This document shows positions 14,456-27,200 of a stretch of 64,000 nt of DNA, piece by piece. This stretch comes from the human T2T-CHM13v2.0 reference genome, Homo sapiens. The notes under the pieces are model-generated. The model saw nothing but the letters and a program-made list of their open reading frames with translations. It was not told the origin of the DNA and ran no database searches. Positions within the stretch are counted from its first letter, which is position 1. Each line of letters begins with the position of its first letter. The translations under genes and the position numbers were made by a program. The DNA lies in the NCBI RefSeq assembly GCF_009914755.1, contig NC_060931.1. The stretch is one strand, 5' to 3'.

Positions 14456-15236
14456 TGCCCTTCTCTTTTGTTGGCAAGTAACTTAACCAACCAACCCAAA
14501 AAAAAGATCTTTCTCTCAGCTTTCCATAATCTCTGAGACGAAGTAGGTTTGGAGAAGTGGGGTTACAGGGGAAAAAGCCAGGTGTTAATGATGAAAAAAC
14601 ATTGAACTTTTCTAGGGGTAGTAATAAGATTTAATTCAAGACTAGAACATTTTAGCTGCAAATCTTCAAGAATAAGACAATATTATCCCCTTTCTGTTTT
14701 ATTGTGGGACTAGAGAATGTGAGAGAGGTTACATTCCATGGGCTTTGGGAATTTAATATGGTTCAAGGATAAACACACCCAGGTTTTTCACTGCAGAGAA
14801 GAGCTTCAAATATAATCAGTTTTCAGGTCATCAGCTCAGCTCTTGTATCCCTAACAATGCAGTTGACATGCGTCTTCTCAGATGTCTAACTCCTAACTCA
14901 CTGAGGGATACTTTAAGTACATATAAAGGACTAGAAGCACCAAGCTACCAGTGAGAGGAAGAGGAGAGTTTGCAGAGAAGCTGGCTTGAAATAAGACAAT
15001 GAGTTCATCTTTAAATACTTGCCATTTGAGGTGCAGATGGATATAGTTGGCAGGCTCCTATGTAAGGCATGTTATGGAGAAGCTACCGTGAATTGATAAT
15101 ATCAAAACAAATATCCAGGGAGCCTCTGCAAGTGTGCATCTCTATTTCACACCAATTATAGTTGAGTTAATTCCTGCCTGATTCATCTCCCAGAGATGCA
15201 GCCTCCTCTTAAAGAAGTTGGGGGTGGTGGCCCATT

Positions 15237-15250
15237 CAGTGATGTCACTG
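15237..15250 (+). promoter_or_regulatory. Vbeta promoter CRE decamer (TRBV12-3)
   Basis: CAGTGATGTCACTG, a near-palindrome containing AGTGATGTCA, about 105 bp upstream of the ATG. Confidence 0.85.
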
Positions 15251-15352
15251 ACAGATGCATTCTGTGGGGATAAAATGTCACAAAATTCATTTCTTTGCTC
15301 ATGCTCACAGAGGGCCTGGTCTAGAATATTCCACATCTGCTCTCACTCTGCC

Positions 15353-15799
15353 ATGGACTCCTGGACCTTCTGCTGTGTGTCCCTTTGCATCCTGGTAGCG
15401 AGTGAGTCTTCAGAATATTTGCCATCATCAGGCTGGGCTTCTGCATGGATGATCTCATATATTTTCCTTATTCTGACGCCCAATTCTGTCTTCTTTCATA
15501 GAGCATACAGATGCTGGAGTTATCCAGTCACCCCGCCATGAGGTGACAGAGATGGGACAAGAAGTGACTCTGAGATGTAAACCAATTTCAGGCCACAACT
15601 CCCTTTTCTGGTACAGACAGACCATGATGCGGGGACTGGAGTTGCTCATTTACTTTAACAACAACGTTCCGATAGATGATTCAGGGATGCCCGAGGATCG
15701 ATTCTCAGCTAAGATGCCTAATGCATCATTCTCCACTCTGAAGATCCAGCCCTCAGAACCCAGGGACTCAGCTGTGTACTTCTGTGCCAGCAGTTTAGC
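15353..15799 (+). CDS. TRBV12-3: TCR beta variable 12-3 (leader 15353-15401, V exon 15502-15799)
   Basis: Leader [16 protein letters not shown]; GT at 15402; TAG acceptor ending 15501; V exon [35 protein letters not shown]...YFCASSL; CDR1 SGHNS. Confidence 0.96.
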
Positions 15800-15838
15800 C
15801 ACAGCGCTGCAGAATCACCCCTTTCCTGTGCAGAAAAC
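15800..15838 (+). other. 23-RSS of TRBV12-3
   Basis: CACAGCG + 23 nt + GCAGAAAAC. Confidence 0.95.
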
Positions 15839-16925
15839 CCGGTGTTTCCCCTTCTCCTTCTACCTCCCAGCAGTCCTGGGCAAAGTCTCTGCTGTTCCTC
15901 CCTCCCTATGAGAAAAAAGTGGTTTGGGGGTGTGAAAAAGACAGAAAATGAGAAGGTTTCAACATAGGAAACCTTATGTTGGTTTGAGGATTACAAAATG
16001 GGTTTTGAGGATTCCTTAAAAATTGTCTCTGCTCAAAACACATAGGAGTAAGATAAACCTTGGCTACTGACACTGGAGATTTCCCTGCCCTCCTGCATTT
16101 GCCATCCCATGAGAATGGTGGGGGCTCTTGAGAAGGGCTGCATTTTCTGAACTGTGAGGCCCTCTTCATTCTCTCCTAACTCTAAGCTGCAAACAGAAAT
16201 TTCCCTCACACGTTTTCTAGATTGTAAAAGAAAGTTCTTCTTTACTATGATTGTGGACGTTCCTTTATAATGCCAATTTCAACTTTACATTACTTCAGGA
16301 TTTTTCACTACTCCTAAAGAGTGTCTCAAATGTGGCTAGAGCAAGCAGGTTAGTACACTAGATGTAAGCTACCTGGCCTGGAATCTAAGGATCCATTTGT
16401 CTCTGTTCTGCGTAAGATGAGCCGGGTGCTGGCCAAAGGCTGTGCACACTCACAGAGCACTGATGACGCCTCCTGGTAAGGACCCACACTGGGGTATCTA
16501 AAAGCAGACAGGCATGTCCAGTCTTCTGTTGCCCTGTTTCCTTTCTGATTATATGTCCTTAACACACAAATTTACATTTTCCTTCTTATTTATATGAGAA
16601 GTTTCTATACAATACCTGCAATCCATTCTGAGTGGTTATAATTTCTGTGTGATATTCATATTTACATGCTGATTCCTTCTAAATACCTATCATGGTATCA
16701 TTGACAACTGAGGCAAAAGACCCCTATATTTTGAGTGCCCAAGGCCATTGAGGTTTTTTGGAGCTCTGCCATAAGCCCAATTCCACTGTGTCATTTTCCT
16801 ATTTTTCTTTCCTTTTTTGTTTTTTGATTAGTGGGTCCTGACTTTCAAGATGAAAATAGTGCAGAATTCCTCCCTGCTGCTTCCAGATCATTTTCCTTCC
16901 TACTTCTCTAAAGCCCAGCTGCATT

Positions 16926-17765
16926 ATAGGCTTCCTTTAGCCTGATTTTAAATTCCTTCCATGTGATCATGCATCTGTCTCTACCTGTATCTTGTATCTG
17001 GCTTCTGCCTCTTACCCATCAATCCCATGGCTACTAGAAGGTATTCAATCTCTGTTGACACAAATTACTACTAACTTGGTGGTTTACAACAAAAACTAAT
17101 TATCTTACAGTTCTGCAGGTCAGAAGTCCAAAACCGGGATAAAATCCAGGTGTTGGCAGGGCTGCATTCCATCCTGAGGCTCTCGGGGAGAACTGTTTTT
17201 CTCTCCTTTTCAACTTCTAGAGGCCACCAGTGTTCCTTGGCTCATGGCCCCATTCGATCTTCAAAGTCAACAAGGACTGGCTGAGCCTTTGCTCACTCTG
17301 CATCACTCTGACACTCACTCTTCGTCCCCCCTCTTCCACATTTTAGGACACTTGTGATTACATTGGGCCCACCTGGAAAATCCAGGATACACTCCCTATA
17401 TTAAGGCCAGCTGACTAGCAACCTTCATTCCATTTGGAACATTCCTTTCTCCCCTTGCCACATAATTTAACACATTCCCAGTTTCTGGGAATTAGACATG
17501 GACATCTTTGGGAGGTTGTCATGCTGCCTGCCACACTTGGTACCTGGTTACAGGGAGTGGTAAGTAATTAAATTTTTTAAAACAGAATTATGACCACAGT
17601 TTTGTATCCTGGGTCCAACAGACCCTGCAAAAGGATAGAGCCCAAAGGGAAATAGGCCCCTCCAGAAACACAAGCTAGTCTGCAAACTAATGCCCTTTAA
17701 CATTGGCAAGTGCTTTCAACTGCATGGGACTCAGAAGCATGCCTCTGTGCCAAGAGCAAAAATAT
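16926..17765 (+). pseudogene. Duplicated, leaderless copy of the TRBV relic upstream of TRBV12-4
   Basis: Paralog of 13615-14455: YLVTGSGK from 17541, then SWVQQTL, then DSEACLCAKS with TGT at 17746. Confidence 0.78.
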
Positions 17766-18547
17766 GCCCTTTTATGGCAAGTAAGTTAATTGATCAACTC
17801 AAAAAACAAACATTTCTCTCAGCTTTCCAGAACCTCTGAGAGGAAGTAGGTTTGGAGAAGGATTAAGGGGTTGGCAGGGGGCCGGAGGAAAGGTCAGGTG
17901 TTAATGATGAAAAAACATTGAACTTTTCTTTTCTAGGGGTAGTAATAAGATATAATTCAAGACTAGAACATTGTAGCTGCAAATCTTCAAAATAAGACAA
18001 TCTTATCCTCTGTTTTATTGTGGGAATAGAGAATGGAGAGAAGTTCCATTCCACGGGCTTTGGGAATTCAATATGGTTCAAGGATAAATAAACCCAGGTT
18101 TTTTCTACTGCAGAGAAGAGCTTCAAATATAATCAGTTCTCAGGGCATCAGCTCAGTTCCTCTATCCCTAACAATGCAGTTGACATGCATCTTCTCAGAT
18201 GCCTAACTCCTAACTCGCTGATGGATAATTTAGGTACACATAGAGGACTAGAAACACCAAGCCACCAGTGAGAGGAAGAGGAGAGTTTGCAGAGAAGCTG
18301 GCTTGCAATAAGACAATGAGTTCATCTTTAATTACCTGCAATTTGAGGAGATATATATAGTTGGCAAGCTCCTAGGTAAGGCATGTTATGGAGAAGCTAC
18401 CGTGAATTGATAATATCAAAATAAATCTTAAGGGAGCCTCTGCATGTGTGCATTTGTATCTCAGATCTGCTATAGTTGAGTTAATTCCTGCCTGATTCAT
18501 CTCCCAGAGATGCAGCCTCCTCTTAAAGTTGGGGGTGGTGGCCCATT

Positions 18548-18561
18548 CAGTGATGTCACTG
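18548..18561 (+). promoter_or_regulatory. Vbeta promoter CRE decamer (TRBV12-4)
   Basis: CAGTGATGTCACTG, identical to the 12-3 element. Confidence 0.85.
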
Positions 18562-18663
18562 ACAGATGCATTCTGTGGGGATAAAATGTCACAAAATTCA
18601 TTTCTTTGCTCATGTTCACAGAGGGCCTGGTCTGGAATATTCCACATCTGCTCTCACTCTGCC

Positions 18664-19110
18664 ATGGACTCCTGGACCCTCTGCTGTGTGTCCCTTTGCA
18701 TCCTGGTAGCAAGTGAGTCTTCAGAACATTTACCATCATCAGGCTGGGCTTCTGCATGGATGATCTCATATATTTTCCTTATTCTGACGCCCAATTCTGT
18801 CTTCTTTCATAGAGCACACAGATGCTGGAGTTATCCAGTCACCCCGGCACGAGGTGACAGAGATGGGACAAGAAGTGACTCTGAGATGTAAACCAATTTC
18901 AGGACACGACTACCTTTTCTGGTACAGACAGACCATGATGCGGGGACTGGAGTTGCTCATTTACTTTAACAACAACGTTCCGATAGATGATTCAGGGATG
19001 CCCGAGGATCGATTCTCAGCTAAGATGCCTAATGCATCATTCTCCACTCTGAAGATCCAGCCCTCAGAACCCAGGGACTCAGCTGTGTACTTCTGTGCCA
19101 GCAGTTTAGC
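18664..19110 (+). CDS. TRBV12-4: TCR beta variable 12-4 (leader 18664-18712, V exon 18813-19110)
   Basis: Leader [16 protein letters not shown]; V exon the same as 12-3 at protein level except CDR1 SGHDY; canonical splice sites; ends YFCASSL. Confidence 0.96.
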
Positions 19111-19149
19111 CACAGCGCTGCAGAATCACCCCTTTCCTGTGCAGAAAAC
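19111..19149 (+). other. 23-RSS of TRBV12-4
   Basis: CACAGCG + 23 nt + GCAGAAAAC. Confidence 0.95.
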
Positions 19150-20601
19150 CCGGTGTTTCCCCTTCTCCTTCTACCTCCCAGCAGTCCTGGGCAAAGTCTC
19201 TGCTGTTCCTCCCTCCCTATGAGAAAAAAGTGGTTTGGGGGTGTGAAAAAGACAGAAAATGAGAAGGTTTCAACATAGGAAACCTTATGTTGATTTGAGG
19301 ATTATGAAATGGGTTTTGAGGATTCCTTAAAAAATTGTCTCTGCTCAAAACACATAGGAGTAAGATAAACCTTGGCTACTGACACTGGAGATTTCCCTGC
19401 CCTCCTGCATTTGCCATCCCATGAGAATGGTGGGAGCTCCCGAGAAAGGCTGCATTTTCTGAACTGTGAGGCCCTCTTCATTCTCTCCTAACTCTAAGCT
19501 GCAAACAGAAATTTCCCTCACACGTTTTCTAGATTGTAAAAGAAAGTTCTTCTTTACTATGATTGTGGACATTCCTTTATAATGCCAATTTCAACTTTAC
19601 ATTTACTTCAGGATTTTTCACTACTCCTAAAGAGTGTCTCAAATGTGGCTAGAGCAAGCAGGTTAGTACACTAGATGTAAGCTACCTGGCCTGGAATCTA
19701 AGGATCCATTTGTCTCTGTTCTGCGTAAGATGAGCCGGGTGCTGGCCAAAGGCTGTGCACACTCACAGAGCACTGATGACGCCTCCTGGTAAGGACCCAC
19801 ACTGGGGTATCTAAAAGCAGACAGGCATGTCCAGTCTTCTGTTGCCCTGTTTCCTTTCTGATTATATGTCCTTAACACACAAATTTACATTTTCCTTCTT
19901 ATTTATATGAGAAGTTTCTATACAATACCTGCAATCCATTCTGAGTGGTTATAATTTCTGTGTGATATTCATATTTACATGCTGATTCCTTCTAAATACC
20001 TATCATGGTATCATTGACAAGTGAGGCGAATGATCCCTGTATTTTGAGTGCCCAAGGCACTTGAGGTTTTTTGGAGTTCTGCCATATGCCAAATTCCACT
20101 TTGTCATTTTCCCATTTTTTTTTTTTTTTACGTGTAGGGATCCTGACTTTCAAGATGAAAATAGTGCAGAATTCCTCCCTGTGCTTCCAGATCATTTTCT
20201 CCCTCCTACTTTAAAGCCCAGCTGCTTTGTACATATTACTTTATAATATTACCCCTTCTCATTGTACCTACCTTATTACCTTCAGAAATTTTCTTTTTTT
20301 TAATCCTTCTGCCTGCTACTAATCCAGTCATCATTCTTAATACTATTCATCACATAGACAATTTATTCACTCGCGAGGCTTCTAAGTTTCTCGACTTCCT
20401 ATATCCTGAGTCTTTTTCCCCTCTAATCATTTTCAGACTTGTTTCCATGATTATAGACCATTAAGGAACAACAAAGATCTTTCAATATTTCTATTTAAAT
20501 TGTCCTGTCGTTCTACCACTACCTCCCTTCTGTCTATATCAGTAACTCCTATAATTCTTCTATTTCTCTGACCTCTCCAGTTCATAGAGCCCATAACTTT
20601 T

Positions 20602-20963
20602 ATTTTTTTAATTTTTTTTTGGTCTTTCTAGGATGTTATTTATTAAAAATAGATTCTCTGTCCCTCCCCTCACCCCTGCTGGCAAAATGGCCTTTCCCAA
20701 CATCTTTTCCTGCATGGATAACAGGTCTTGAGGACGCAGATGTGGCATCCTACCTAAACTACAGGCTCAGGCTTTTCTGGGACAGTGAGGCAGCAGCTCT
20801 GCCAGAGCCAAGGGTGGAACAGCACAAGACGACATCAGCAAACCCTGGTGCACCTAACTGTGGGCTGCTATGGAGTCTGGGATGGACTGGAGTTCCTCCT
20901 GCTCCAGGCCTCGGGAGACAAAATCCACAAAGAGAGACCCAGTGGCCCAGCAGCAGCCCCCTG
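20602..20963 (-). pseudogene. Processed (L1-mediated) retrocopy of an unidentified mRNA 3' end
   Basis: Poly-T 20602-20620; TTTATT (AATAAA on the minus strand) at 20639-20644; 16-bp TSD AGAGCCCAYAACTTTT at 20586-20601 and 20964-20979; body is not a recognisable repeat. Confidence 0.8.
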
Positions 20964-21099
20964 AGAGCCCACAACTTTTTAACTCTTACGCTTTAATTCT
21001 TACATTCTTTTAATTATATTTTAAGATTTAAGACTATAATATCAACCCCGATTAAAGCCAGCTCCCTGTAGGTTCCTATGAATGGCAGAGTTGGGAGGG

Positions 21100-21530
21100 G
21101 CACTAAAAAATCCCCGTGGGAACTCATTCGATTTATCTGCTGTAGTTGTCATAGACTCCTCTTAGGTTCCTCTACTTCTAATCTTGGCCTCCCTCATTCT
21201 AGCCACCAACCCAGGGTCTACTCTCAATACAGAAGTCAGAGTGATCCTTTAGGTTAGATGTTGTCACTCGTCCACTAAACCATACAGTAGATTCCCGTTT
21301 CACTCAGAGAAAAGCCTACAGCCTGCATAGGCCTACGAGGTCCTCGGTGATCCCCCTCCCTGTTGTATTTCTTGCCTCCTGTCTGTTCCTCTTTCCCTTG
21401 CTTATTTTTTCACAACACAGTGGCTTTCTGGCCATTCCTCGAATACACAAGGCACACTTCTGCCTTAGAACCTTTGCTCAAGCTATTCCCTTTGCTTGGA
21501 ACATCCTTCTCCCAAGTATCCCAGTCAGGC
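21100..21530 (+). mobile_element. L2 fragment
   Basis: AGTCAGAGTGATCCTTT and CCTTTGCTCAAGCTATTCCCTTTGCTTGGAA, L2 3'-region motifs. Confidence 0.6.
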
Positions 21531-22106
21531 CTGCAAGAAGCCTGAATTATTCTACCAGTGACACAATCATTTTCCTAAAACCACTTTTCAATTTTTATAC
21601 ATTCAACAATTCTCCATTGTTCACCAGATAAAAATGTCACCTCGGGAGGGCATTTGAATTTTAAAACATTTGGACCATATCTTATCTTATTTTTGACTAC
21701 TGAGTAAGATAAATGTTACTTTATCAAGTGCACTTCATACCCTTACAAAACAGTCTTACACAATTTAATGCCTGTTCATACATTTGTTCTTGCAATTTCT
21801 GCTACCTTCTTCATATTGTTCAATACTTCTAGTCACTCAAGACACTACTGAATGCTTCTTTCTCTATGAAGCAGGAAATGGTTCTATATACTCTATTTTC
21901 ACAGTGGAGTAAAATAGATACACATTTTAGGAACAAAACAACCATGCAGATTATAGAAATTAAACTATTTTTTACATACTTTCGAAGGTGAGGAAGTTCA
22001 GAAGCTCAAATATGGTTAAGATATGTTTTGCTTCTATTTAAGTCCACATTCCCCACCACTTTAAATCTTCCAAGAAAGATTTCCCTCATTCAAATTAAAA
22101 ACATTT

Positions 22107-22859
22107 TGATACAAGACTGGGGGCAGGGAAGTGCTGGGTAGAGAAGGGCGGGGTCCCTGGTGAGGGCTCCACCCTCGGGCCTGTGCCCACAGACCTAAAT
22201 GAGGACAGGCGTTTCTGTTTTTGCACTCAAAAAGTTGCCTTTTGGCCCGCCACGCCTCCCATCCTGTGCCCATATAAACCCGAGACCTTAAGCGGACACG
22301 GACACAAGAGGCTGGACATCTAGAAGAGCAGAAGAATACAGCAGCAGACACCGGCAGATCAGCGATGGCGGAAGGACACGAATGCAAGGGGAGTTCAGCC
22401 AGAGGAAGTCTGCGAGAGTCCTGCCACTGGGCAGCCAACTGCAGGGGAAAACCACCGTTCCACTCCATCCCTCGACTTCTGGCTCCCCATCTATCTCACT
22501 GAGAGCCACTTACACCACTTAATAAAAGCTTGCACTCAACCTTTCAGCCCACATATGATCTGATTCTTCCAGTACACTGGTCAAGAGCTCAGGCTGTCAC
22601 ATTGGCCCCCTGTCCTTGCAATAAGCAGAGGGTCTATTGAGTTGACTAATGCAAGCAGACGGCAGACGGCATAGCTGAAAGAGTGCACTGTAAGTCCTAG
22701 ACGCTGCCATCCCTTGGGAGCCCAAAAGCACTCCCCATGGCCTCTGCACCTGCCCGTCTGCATGCTCCCCCTAGGGGTTTGAGCACTGGGGCACCAGTGA
22801 AGTGAGCCATCCCCCTGTCACATGTCCTGCGAGGAGAATAAGGGAATTCTCCGGTTTTA
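22107..22859 (+). mobile_element. ERV1 solo LTR (LTR1/LTR27-like)
   Basis: TGATACA...GGCAGGGAAGTGCTGGGTAGAGAAGGGCGGGGTCCC start; CATATAAA; AATAAAA at 22521; about 750 bp. Confidence 0.8.
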
Positions 22860-23897
22860 ACTTAATCTGTAAAAGACCTTGTTAAGAGGATGAAAAAGAA
22901 GCCACAGCAATGGATAAAACATTTGTAAACTACATATCCAACAAAGGAATATTATGACTGTTTCGAGATTTGCAGAACTGTCTATTTAACCCATAGACTC
23001 ATGAGCAATAATAAATTATTATTGCTTTAACCAGTGAGATTTGAGTGAGGCTTGTTATACAGCATTACTGTGCAGGTGTCAATTGATATACTCTATATTG
23101 CAATATCGATTTCTTAAAATTGTCCTAACCATAATCCTATAGACCATTACTAATTCCAAGCTTGTTCTTTTTATGAAGAGTGTCGCTCAACTCTGATGTC
23201 TTTGTTCTGTTTAATATTTTGATTTACACATGAACACAGTTCCCAGCAGCTTTCAAACCTCCAGAAGCCCTTAACATTTCTGATTCTGAAAAATATCTTT
23301 TCTTGTTTTCAGCATTTTTTATTGTTATTTTTTATTCTTTTGTATGGGAAGGTACTCAGTTTACCATCCTGAATTAGTAATTCTTTAAACATTTTTGCAA
23401 TTCCAGTAATTAGAGATATTACTGCATTAGGCATTGAAGATACCATGGTCTTTGCATTTCCTGCTTGCATATCGAGTCCTATGAACTATTTCTGGTGTCT
23501 CTGAGTCACTTCCCAGTGTGGTCATTGGCTTTTACTGAGTCTGATTCACCGACCTTTACTGAGCCTCACTCACCAACCTTTGGTCATTCTTGGACATAGA
23601 AGCACAAATTCAACAGTGTTGTTTCCCAAAATATGTAATATGCAGGGAAAATTACTTTTCATGTAAAATAGACGTGTCCTTTTAGTATTACCAGTAGATT
23701 ATTCTAATTATAGACTAGTAACATCCAACAGACTTATTTGGGTTTAGTGACAGACCTATTACTGTGTTCGCTCCTCAGTTCAAATACAGAGTGTGTATTT
23801 TGCATCGTGTGGCTGCAAGTTTTGGGGTTCTCCATCATATACTTAGCTATACAATGCCAGCTACTCTTGTCTGGATATTTTCCCAAATCCTGGATGA

Positions 23898-24266
<369 letters not shown>

Positions 24267-27200
24267 TGATATTAAGTCTTTCAGACAGTAAGAAGATAAC
24301 TATTCAGGGTCTACAAGATGGCCAATTAGAAGCAGCTGTGGTCCATGGCACTCAGGGAGAGGAATGAAACGGGGTGAGTGAATTTAGCACTGTCAATTGA
24401 GATATTCAGGTTCTCACACTGGGACTGTCTAGGCAAACAACTCAACCCACAGAGAACAAAGAAAAGCAGGGGGTGTGGGGCATGATGGCCCACCAGGAGC
24501 AGCACAGAGCCAAAGGAACCCCCACCCCCAGCCAAAGGAAGCAGTGAGTGATTGTGTGACCCTGCCCAGGAAACGACTCTTCTCCCACAGATCTTTGCAA
24601 CACATGGATCAGGAGATCCCCTCACAAGCCCACAACAACAGGGCCTTGGATCCAGTACACAGAGCTGCATGGAGTCTTAGCAGAGCAGCTGCTCAGGCAC
24701 ACACAGAGACCCAGGAGTTTTACACATTCCAGCCTCAGGATCCCCAGCAAGGCAGGAAATCTGTCCACATATAACCCTAGGAAGGGAGCTGAATCCAGGG
24801 AGCCAAGCAGCATCATTCTGCAGGCCCCACTTCCATAGCACCTCACAAGTTAAGACGCACTGGCTTGGAATTCCAGATAGCCAATAGCAACAGCCTAGAA
24901 TCTGCCTGAGATAAGTATGAATTCCTGGGGAAAGGGGGTGGCCACCATCTCTGCAGTCCAGTAGACTTAGCTGTTTAAGCCTGCCAGCTTTGGAGAATAC
25001 AAATGGTCTGGATGAGGAAAGGTTCCCCATAATGCAGCACAGCTGCCTTGCCAGATCATGGCCAGACTGCTTCTTTAAGCAGGACCTTGATCCATCCCTT
25101 CTCAGTGGGCAGGACCTCCCTGTGGAGGCTTCAGCCATTCTAGCCAGTGTTCTACATTGAGAGCTCTGATCTCTCCCTGGGATGGAGCTCCTGGCAGGGA
25201 GGGGCAGCCTCCATCTCTGCAGTTCAGTCAACTCAGTCCTTCTAGCCTGTTGGCTTTGCAGAATCCAAATGGTCTGGACGAGAAAGCCTCCTCATAATGC
25301 AGCACATTTGCTCTACCAAAAAGCAGACAGACTGCTTCTTTAATCAGGCCCCTGATCCTGTTCATCCCAACTGGATGAGAACTCCCAACAGGGTCTCCAG
25401 CCACCTCCTACAGGTGTGTTCTGGCCAGCAACAGGTCAGTACCCCCCAGGGATGGAGCTTCCAGAGGAAGAAGCTGGCTGCCATCTTTGCTGTTTCACAG
25501 CCTTCACTGATGATACCTCCAGTATGGGAAAAACCGAGGCAACTAAGGTCTGGAGCGGACTTCCAGCAAACCACAGCAGCCCTACAATAAAGTGGCCTGA
25601 CTAGTAAAGGAAAAACAAAAAACAGAAAACAACAAGAACAGTATCAATGAAAAGGACCCCAGAAAATCCAAGGTCAAAGGTCAGCAAGCTCAAAGATTGA
25701 AGGTAGATAAGCCCACAAAAATGAGAAAGAATCAACACAAAAATGTTGAAAACTTAAAAAGCAAGAGTGCCTTTTCTCCTCCAAATGACTGTAACACCTC
25801 TCCAGCAATGGCACAGAATTGAGCTGAGGCTGAAATGGCTGAATTGACAGAAGTAGGGTTCAGAAGGTGGTAATAATGAACTTTGCTGAGCTAAAGAAGC
25901 ATGTTGTAATCCAATGCAAAGAAGCTAAGAATCATGATAAAACAATACAGGAGCTGACAGCCAGAATAACCAGTTTACAGAGGAACATGATCAACCTAAT
26001 GGAGCTGAAAAATACAACACAAGACCTTCACAATGCAATTACAAGTATCAGTGGGAGAACAGACCAAGTGGAAGAAGGAATCTCAGAGTCTGAACACTAT
26101 CTCTCTTAAATAAGAGGGGCAGACAAGAATAGAGGGAAAAGAATGAACAACACCCCCCAGAAATTTGGGATTATGTAAAGAGACTGAACCCATGACTGAC
26201 TGGGGTACCTAAAAGAGATAAGGATAATGGAGTCAAATTGGAAAACATACTTCAGGATATGATCCAGAAGATCTTTCCCAACCTAGCAAGACACACCAAC
26301 ATTCAAATTCAGGAAATGCAGAGAACCCCAGTAAGATACTCCATGAGAAGATAAACCCCAAGACACATAATCATCGGATTCTCCAAAGTTGAAATGAAAA
26401 AAAAATGTTAAGGGCAGCCAGAGAGAATGGCCAGGCCACCTACAAACGGAAGCCCATCAGACTAACAGCAGACCTGTCCGTGGAAACCTTATAAAGTACA
26501 GTGGTTGGAAGCTATTCTTTAACATTCTTAAAGAAAAGAATCTCCAACCCAGAATTTCATATCTGACCAAACTAAGCTTCGTAAGTGAAGAAGAAATACG
26601 ATCCTTTTCAGACAAGCAAACACTTAGGAAATTTGTCACCACAGGACTGCCTTGCAAGAGCTCCTCTAGGAAGCACTAAATATGGAAAGAAGAAAACCAT
26701 TACCAGCCCTACAAAGCACACTGAAATACACAGACCAGCAACACTATGAAGCAACCACATAAACAAGTCTGTGAAATAACCAGGTAGCATAGTAATGACA
26801 GGATCCAACTTACCCATAACAATACTAACTTTTAAGTGTAAACAGGGTAAATGCCACAATTAAAAGATATAGAATTGCAAGCTGAGTAAAGAACCAAGAC
26901 TCACTGATATGCTGTCTTTAGGAGACACATCTCACATGCAAAGACAAACATAGGCTCAAAATAAACGGATGGAAGAAATTTTACCAACCAAATGGAAAAC
27001 AGAAAAAAGCAGGGGTTGCAATCTTAGTTTCTGACAAAACAGACTTTAAACCAACAAAGAACAAAAAAGACAAAGAAGGGCATTATATAACGGTAAAGGG
27101 TTCCATTCAACAGGAAGAGCTAGCTATCCTAAATATATATGCACCCAATACAGGAGCACCCAGATTCATAAAGCAAGTTCTTAGAGACCTACAAAGAGAG

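Larger units (their letters stand above)
13615..20224 (+). repeat. Tandem segmental duplication of about 3.31 kb (copy A 13615-16922, copy B 16926-20224) carrying TRBV12-3 and TRBV12-4
   Basis: ATAGGCTTCC...CTGATTTTAAATTCCTTCCATGTGATC starts both copies; AAAGCCCAGCTGC ends both; the ATG offset is 3311. Confidence 0.95.

Noticed and set aside
24880-25520. Internal direct repeats of about 260 bp
   Set aside because: They lie within the L1 5'UTR, where tandem units are a normal feature of older L1PA subfamilies.
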